Assembly: GCA_963663765.2 (NCBI GenBank)
Contig: CAXXUA010000013.1
Span: forward strand, 416,001-480,000
Source of the DNA: Candidatus Poribacteria bacterium
GTDB lineage: Bacteria; Poribacteria; WGA-4E; WGA-3G
Length of the DNA stretch: 64,000 bases
Direction of reading: 5' to 3'
The notes under the pieces are model-generated. The model did no database searches. It saw only the letters and a list, made by a program, of their open reading frames with translations, and was not told the origin of the DNA. The translations under genes and the position numbers were made by a program. Shown here piece after piece: positions 58,791 through 64,000 of this stretch. The stretch's first letter is position 1. Each line of letters begins with the position of its first letter.

Positions 58791-61679
58791 ATGAAAAAAC
58801 CGCTTCTTCTGTTTATCATATCACTACTACTGATTCCAATTTTCTATCAAACCACCGTTTATGCTCAAAGCGAAATGCAATTGAGCCTACCCGATAATGC
58901 AACCGCACGTCTCGGTAAAGGTCGGTTACGTGAACTAACATTCTCACCGGATGGCACTCGACTTGCAGTTGTCAGTAGTATCGGTGTATGGTTGTATGAT
59001 ACCTCATCTAATACGGAAATTTCATTGCTGACCAAAGATAATATTGAAATTTTCTGCACTGCATTTAGTGATGACGGTGCTACAATTGCAGGCGGTAGTG
59101 TTGACGGAACTATATACTTATGGAATACTACCACCGGTACTTTTCAAAGACAACTTACTGGACATACAGATCTGGTTTACAGTATGGCATTTAGTTCGGA
59201 TGGAACTACACTTGCAAGCGGTTCGGCAGATACAACAATACGATTATGGAATTACACAATAGGTGAACAACTGCAAGAACTCACTGGACATTTTGATTAT
59301 GTAACCGCAGTTGCATTCAGTGAATCCGGCGCTACCTTAGCAAGCGCAAGTTTTGACACAACCGTTCAACTATGGGATGTAGCAACAGGAGAACAACAAC
59401 ATATACTTCTTGGTCATAATGACGCAGTATATACTTTAGCATTCAGTCCTGCTGATGGCACACTCGCAAGCAGTGGTGCTGATGGGACTATTCGTTTATG
59501 GTATCCCGCATTCGGTGTCATAAAGCAAACAATTCCTGGGAATGAAATTCCTTTATATAGTATAGCATATAGTCCAAATGGCGCTACAATTTCAAGCGCA
59601 GGCGCGGATGGAACGATTTTGTTGTGGGACACTGTTAACGGACAATCGCAGCAAGCACTTATCGGACATACAAACAGTGTCTTAAGTGTAGATTACAACA
59701 ACACGGGTGGAACTATCGCAAGCGCAAGCTCAGATGGAACCGTACGACTATGGGATGCTGTCTTCGGTGGACAACGCCAAATTATAACAGGTTATTCAAG
59801 TTATATACTCGGTATAGCTTTTAATCACGATGGAAGTATCGTCGCAACCAGCGGATCAAACAGTGAGATAAATTTTTGGAATGCAACCACAGGTATGCAC
59901 CAGCAGCTACTAACAGGACATACAGATTGGGTGTGGAGTGTAGAATTTAATCTTGATGGAACTAAACTCTTAAGTGGGAGTGATGATAGCACACTAAAGT
60001 TATGGGACAGTTCCACAGGAGAGGTGGTGCAGACATTTATCGGACATGCAGATTGGGTGTGGAGTGGCGCATTTAGTCCTGATGGATTAAAAATCGCAAG
60101 TGGAAGTAATGACGGTTCAATCATAGTTTGGGATAGTACATACGGTGACATCATCCATACATTCCCTGGTAATTTCTTCCCAGTCTATAGTGTTACCTTC
60201 AGTCCTGACGGTAACACCATAGCCAGTGGTGGGGCAGATGGAATAATACGACTTTGGGATGTTGCTTCAGGTGAACTTATGCAAACACTTCGTGGGCATA
60301 CAGATTATGTCCGAAGCGTACAATTCAGTCCAAACGGAAAAATACTTGCAAGTGGTAGTGACGACGGCAACGTCCGACTCTGGGATATAGACTTCGGTGT
60401 TGAACTACAAACCTTTGAAGAACACACAGAAATAGTATGGAGTTTAGATTTTAGCGATGATGGAGATTTACTTGCAAGTGGAAGTGGTGATAGTACCGTC
60501 CGGCTTTGGGATACTATTTCTGGAGAAAACATACAAATATTTACCGGACATACAAGCCAAGTTCTTGATGTTGATATTAAACCCATTGGAAATACAATCG
60601 CAAGTAGTAGTACAGATGGAACTGTCTTATTGTGGGATTATACACCACCCACAACAAACTATGCTACTGTCAGTCTTACACCTACCCCAGTGGAATCATC
60701 CGCTATCGGGGAACAACTGACTTTTACACTCGGAATCCAAGACTCAGGTAGTATCATCGGATATCAGGCAACACTTCGATATGACGAATCTGCTCTAACT
60801 TTTGTTGAAACTGCGTCTGGGACATTTCTACCTACGGGGGCTTTTACAATTCCTACCACTTTTGTAGATAATACTATCACAATTGCAGCTGTCTCTTTGT
60901 CGGGGACAAGTACCGGAAATGGCACACTCGCTACTTTGACATTTGAGGTCCTGGCACCTAAAGCATCCTTCATTACCATTTCTAATGTGCGATTAACAGA
61001 TAGAGCTGGCAATGTGTCTTATGCACGTGTACAATCAGGCAGTATTGTTGCACCCATGCTGCAACAAGGCGATCTCAATGGTGACGGCGTCGTTAATATA
61101 CAGGATTTAGCAATAGTCGCTTCAAACTTTGGCACTGAAGGTGAAAACCTCGCAGATGTCAATGGTGATGAAATCGTTGACATCATTGACCTTACTTTAG
61201 TTGCAGCTGCATTCAGTGACTCTTCCCTTGCAGCACCAACATTTAAGAAAAATAATCTTTCTGTAATCCTTTCAAGAACCGATGTACAAAATTGGTTAGA
61301 CGCAGCAAATAAATTAGACATTACCGATCCAACTATGCAGCGTGGTATCTTTGTATTGACGCAACTACTTCAAGCAATGACTCCACAAAAGACTGTCCTG
61401 CTATCCAACTTCCCAAATCCATTCAACCCAGAAACATGGATACCGTATCATCTTGCACAACCTGCTGATGTAACACTTACCATACATTCCGCAGAAGGAC
61501 ATCTGATCCGAACCTTAGCATTAGGACAAAAACCTGCAGGATTATATGAAAATAAAGGGACTGCAGCCTATTGGGATGGTAAAAATAAACTCGGTGAATC
61601 CGTTGCAAGTGGTGTCTACTACTATACACTCACAGCAGGACAATTCACCGCAACACGAAAAATGCTTATCCTAAAGTAA
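58791..61679 (+). CDS. Secreted WD40 protein with cohesin-like, dockerin and FlgD/T9SS-like C-terminal domains
   Basis: About 13 WD repeats; GTLATLTFEV (cohesin-like); GDLNGDGVVNIQDL..ADVNGDEIVDIIDL; NFPNPFNPETWIPY..WDGKN..GE.VASGVYYY..TRKMLILK. Confidence 0.93.
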   Translation: MKKPLLLFIISLLLIPIFYQTTVYAQSEMQLSLPDNATARLGKGRLRELTFSPDGTRLAVVSSIGVWLYDTSSNTEISLLTKDNIEIFCTAFSDDGATIAGGSVDGTIYLWNTTTGTFQRQLTGHTDLVYSMAFSSDGTTLASGSADTTIRLWNYTIGEQLQELTGHFDYVTAVAFSESGATLASASFDTTVQLWDVATGEQQHILLGHNDAVYTLAFSPADGTLASSGADGTIRLWYPAFGVIKQTIPGNEIPLYSIAYSPNGATISSAGADGTILLWDTVNGQSQQALIGHTNSVLSVDYNNTGGTIASASSDGTVRLWDAVFGGQRQIITGYSSYILGIAFNHDGSIVATSGSNSEINFWNATTGMHQQLLTGHTDWVWSVEFNLDGTKLLSGSDDSTLKLWDSSTGEVVQTFIGHADWVWSGAFSPDGLKIASGSNDGSIIVWDSTYGDIIHTFPGNFFPVYSVTFSPDGNTIASGGADGIIRLWDVASGELMQTLRGHTDYVRSVQFSPNGKILASGSDDGNVRLWDIDFGVELQTFEEHTEIVWSLDFSDDGDLLASGSGDSTVRLWDTISGENIQIFTGHTSQVLDVDIKPIGNTIASSSTDGTVLLWDYTPPTTNYATVSLTPTPVESSAIGEQLTFTLGIQDSGSIIGYQATLRYDESALTFVETASGTFLPTGAFTIPTTFVDNTITIAAVSLSGTSTGNGTLATLTFEVLAPKASFITISNVRLTDRAGNVSYARVQSGSIVAPMLQQGDLNGDGVVNIQDLAIVASNFGTEGENLADVNGDEIVDIIDLTLVAAAFSDSSLAAPTFKKNNLSVILSRTDVQNWLDAANKLDITDPTMQRGIFVLTQLLQAMTPQKTVLLSNFPNPFNPETWIPYHLAQPADVTLTIHSAEGHLIRTLALGQKPAGLYENKGTAAYWDGKNKLGESVASGVYYYTLTAGQFTATRKMLILK

Positions 61680-61694
61680 GCTCATTACATACCA

Positions 61695-61727
61695 TAAGGC
61701 AAGGTGTCATCCAGAGACCTTGCCTTA
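61695..61727 (+). terminator. Stem-loop after the WD40 gene
   Basis: TAAGGCAAGG / CCTTGCCTTA. Confidence 0.55.
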
Positions 61728-62067
61728 CATACTGTCATTCAACATTCCAACCCTTATATCACATTTTTGTTTTAACATTGACACTATATGCAATTGTCCA
61801 TAATTGTGCATTAGTACGCATCAAAGCACATATCTGTACATCAATCCAATTTCATCACTGTTAATCTGTTGAGTTGTTTGTACCCTCTAATACTGTTCAA
61901 TTTGTGGACAATAATGTTTTTTCTTGGACACTTCAACTAAGTATCAGATAACTCACTTTCCCCATAAACACATAATAAGACAGACTGTACATTAGTATAA
62001 CTATATTGGCATCATATTTGCTCAATGGGTAGTAGTATACTACCGAATCCGACAGGAGCCTACACCT

Positions 62068-64000
62068 ATGAGATTTGTAAAATACACTATATTGACAATC
62101 ATACTTTTAGTTTCATCTGTTTTTCTACAAAGTACTTCTGCTCAAGATTATACAAGATGGTCATTACCACAAGGCGCAAAACTACGCATCGGAAAGGGAC
62201 AAATAGAAGATGTAATGTATTCAACTGATGGAAATCATTTAGTTGTTGATACTTCCATCGGATTTTGGATTTATGATGCACATACAGGTCAGGAACTTGA
62301 TTTTATCTTTGAAGATTCTAAGGAAATATTAGGTTTCTATAAAAACTTGAGCCAATACGTTCAAATAGACTCAGAAGAAGAACTCACTGTACGAAACTAT
62401 CCCAGTAGAGACGTCAGATTATCACTGAAAATGTCTACTGAGAATACTCGACATGTGGTGTTCAGTCCTGATGGAAACATACTTACAGTTACCGATAATG
62501 ATAAGATATTAATCTGGAATCTTTCAGATGGAGAACTTATAGACACTCTTGTTGGACACACAAGTTGGATCAGTCATATCGTTTTCAGTCCTGATGGGAA
62601 GACACTCGTAAGTAGTAGTTCGGACGATACTGTGAAATTATGGGACATCTCTTCAACTACCAATAAAACGACCTATACAGAACTTGCTATTAGTGCCTCT
62701 GAAATTATCTTTGGACCTGATGGGAAGACACTAATTAGTATTAGTTTTAACGGTGATAGAGGAACCACTTGGGATGTTGAGACAGGTATAGAGAAAACAA
62801 CTTTCACTTTTACCAATCCCAATAGTCTTGCATTAAGTCCTGATAGAAAAACCCTGGTAATAGGGGGAAGTGACGAAATGCATTTATGGGATATTGTCAA
62901 CAACAAACATATCACTCAACTTAGTGGACATATAAGATATGTAGATGCTGTCGCTTTTAGTCCAGATGGAAGATCACTCGCAAGTGGAGGTACTGATGAA
63001 TTGTTTATTTGGGATGTTGATACAGGTGCACGCATCATGTCTATCGGTGGACATGCACCTGCGTTTTCTTCAATGGCAATCAGTCCAAACGAAAACATCA
63101 TTGCAACTTCCTCCTATGAAAAAATGAATCTGTGGGACACAAAAACAGGTAAATCTGTCAATTCTATTCATGCTGGATTTTGGTCACATCCTACTAATTT
63201 GGCATTCAGTCCAGATGGGTACACACTCGCTTGCATTGAAGGGTTAAAATTAATTCTTTGGGACGTTCAAAAAATAGTACCAATAACCACAGTATATAAG
63301 TGGGGTGAGAGTTCCAAAAGGAATACATCTTCTAAGGGATATAATTCATTAGCGTTCAGTCCAAACGGGGAACTACTCGCCGCAGCAAGTAATGATAATA
63401 CAGTACACCTCTGGTATAAAGGACGTACCTACATAGGCAATCTCTCAGGACATAGAGGAGAAGTTACTTCAATTACTTTCAGTAACGATGGAAACATCCT
63501 TGCTAGCGGAAGTGCGGACACAACAATACGGCTGTGGGATGTTCAAACGCTATCCGAAATAAAAACATTCACTGGATATACAAGTGACATTTTGACTGTC
63601 GCAGTCAATCCAGATAACAGTCTGGTCGCATGCGGCGGTGAAGATGAAACGATAATGATTTGGAATATTGCTACTGAAGATACAACAGTCATCTATTCAG
63701 GACATCCTAATGGCACGAATAAATTACATTTCAGTTCCGATGGTAAATCATTAGTCAGTTGCGATTCACTATGGTATGACTCAAGTATTAAACTTTGGGA
63801 TGTATCCACTGGTGACCTGATTACAACTCTTATAGGTCATACATCCGGGATAACCAATCTTGATTTTACATCAGATGGTAAAACACTTGTTACATCAAGT
63901 AGGGATGGATCAGTTCTACTTTGGGATTTCACACCGTATCTGTTTACAAATGGAGAACGAAATCAAACCACAAAAGATATTGATACTGACAAAATTGTTG
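62068..64000 (+). CDS. Secreted WD40 protein (runs off the window end; absent from the ORF track)
   Basis: AGGAG RBS, MRFVKYTILTIILLV.. signal peptide, WSLPQGAKLRIGKG, WD repeats; the last codons (DIDTDKIV) are in the same frame. Confidence 0.9.
   Translation, partial: MRFVKYTILTIILLVSSVFLQSTSAQDYTRWSLPQGAKLRIGKGQIEDVMYSTDGNHLVVDTSIGFWIYDAHTGQELDFIFEDSKEILGFYKNLSQYVQIDSEEELTVRNYPSRDVRLSLKMSTENTRHVVFSPDGNILTVTDNDKILIWNLSDGELIDTLVGHTSWISHIVFSPDGKTLVSSSSDDTVKLWDISSTTNKTTYTELAISASEIIFGPDGKTLISISFNGDRGTTWDVETGIEKTTFTFTNPNSLALSPDRKTLVIGGSDEMHLWDIVNNKHITQLSGHIRYVDAVAFSPDGRSLASGGTDELFIWDVDTGARIMSIGGHAPAFSSMAISPNENIIATSSYEKMNLWDTKTGKSVNSIHAGFWSHPTNLAFSPDGYTLACIEGLKLILWDVQKIVPITTVYKWGESSKRNTSSKGYNSLAFSPNGELLAAASNDNTVHLWYKGRTYIGNLSGHRGEVTSITFSNDGNILASGSADTTIRLWDVQTLSEIKTFTGYTSDILTVAVNPDNSLVACGGEDETIMIWNIATEDTTVIYSGHPNGTNKLHFSSDGKSLVSCDSLWYDSSIKLWDVSTGDLITTLIGHTSGITNLDFTSDGKTLVTSSRDGSVLLWDFTPYLFTNGERNQTTKDIDTDKIV

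Overview
Bacterial chromosomal window. The gene content (secreted WD40 proteins with cohesin/dockerin/FlgD-type tails or a C-terminal WGxLK motif, several sulfatases and PhyH-type dioxygenases) points to Candidatus Poribacteria or a relative; this is an inference. Core content: a Tat-exported molybdo-flavo-FeS oxidoreductase operon, catabolic enzymes, transporters and a complete F1Fo ATP synthase operon. The atp operon behaves as an acquisition hotspot. A coupled pair of ParB-like genes sits between atpI and atpB, and two membrane-protein genes sit between atpH and atpA. A ~6.5 kb integrase-free island follows atpC; it is bounded by a 156-bp duplication of the atpC 3' end and contains two further, older atpC tails. 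The island carries a type II Thoeris-like TIR + TM-macro pair, a trypsin-TPR protease and a candidate ART-fold toxin/partner pair. At 52.7-57 kb a four-gene metal-related operon ends in a Cyc2-like monoheme cytochrome c-porin fusion and starts with an RGPP-ending leader gene. Intergenic DNA holds about nine families of non-autonomous TIR elements, most carrying REP-like hairpins. One family contains a 32-bp VNTR, which is not a CRISPR. There is also a TnpB-less IS605-type mini-element. No rRNA, tRNA, CRISPR array, integrase or reverse transcriptase was recognised. All assignments come from reading motifs by eye; no database searches were run.
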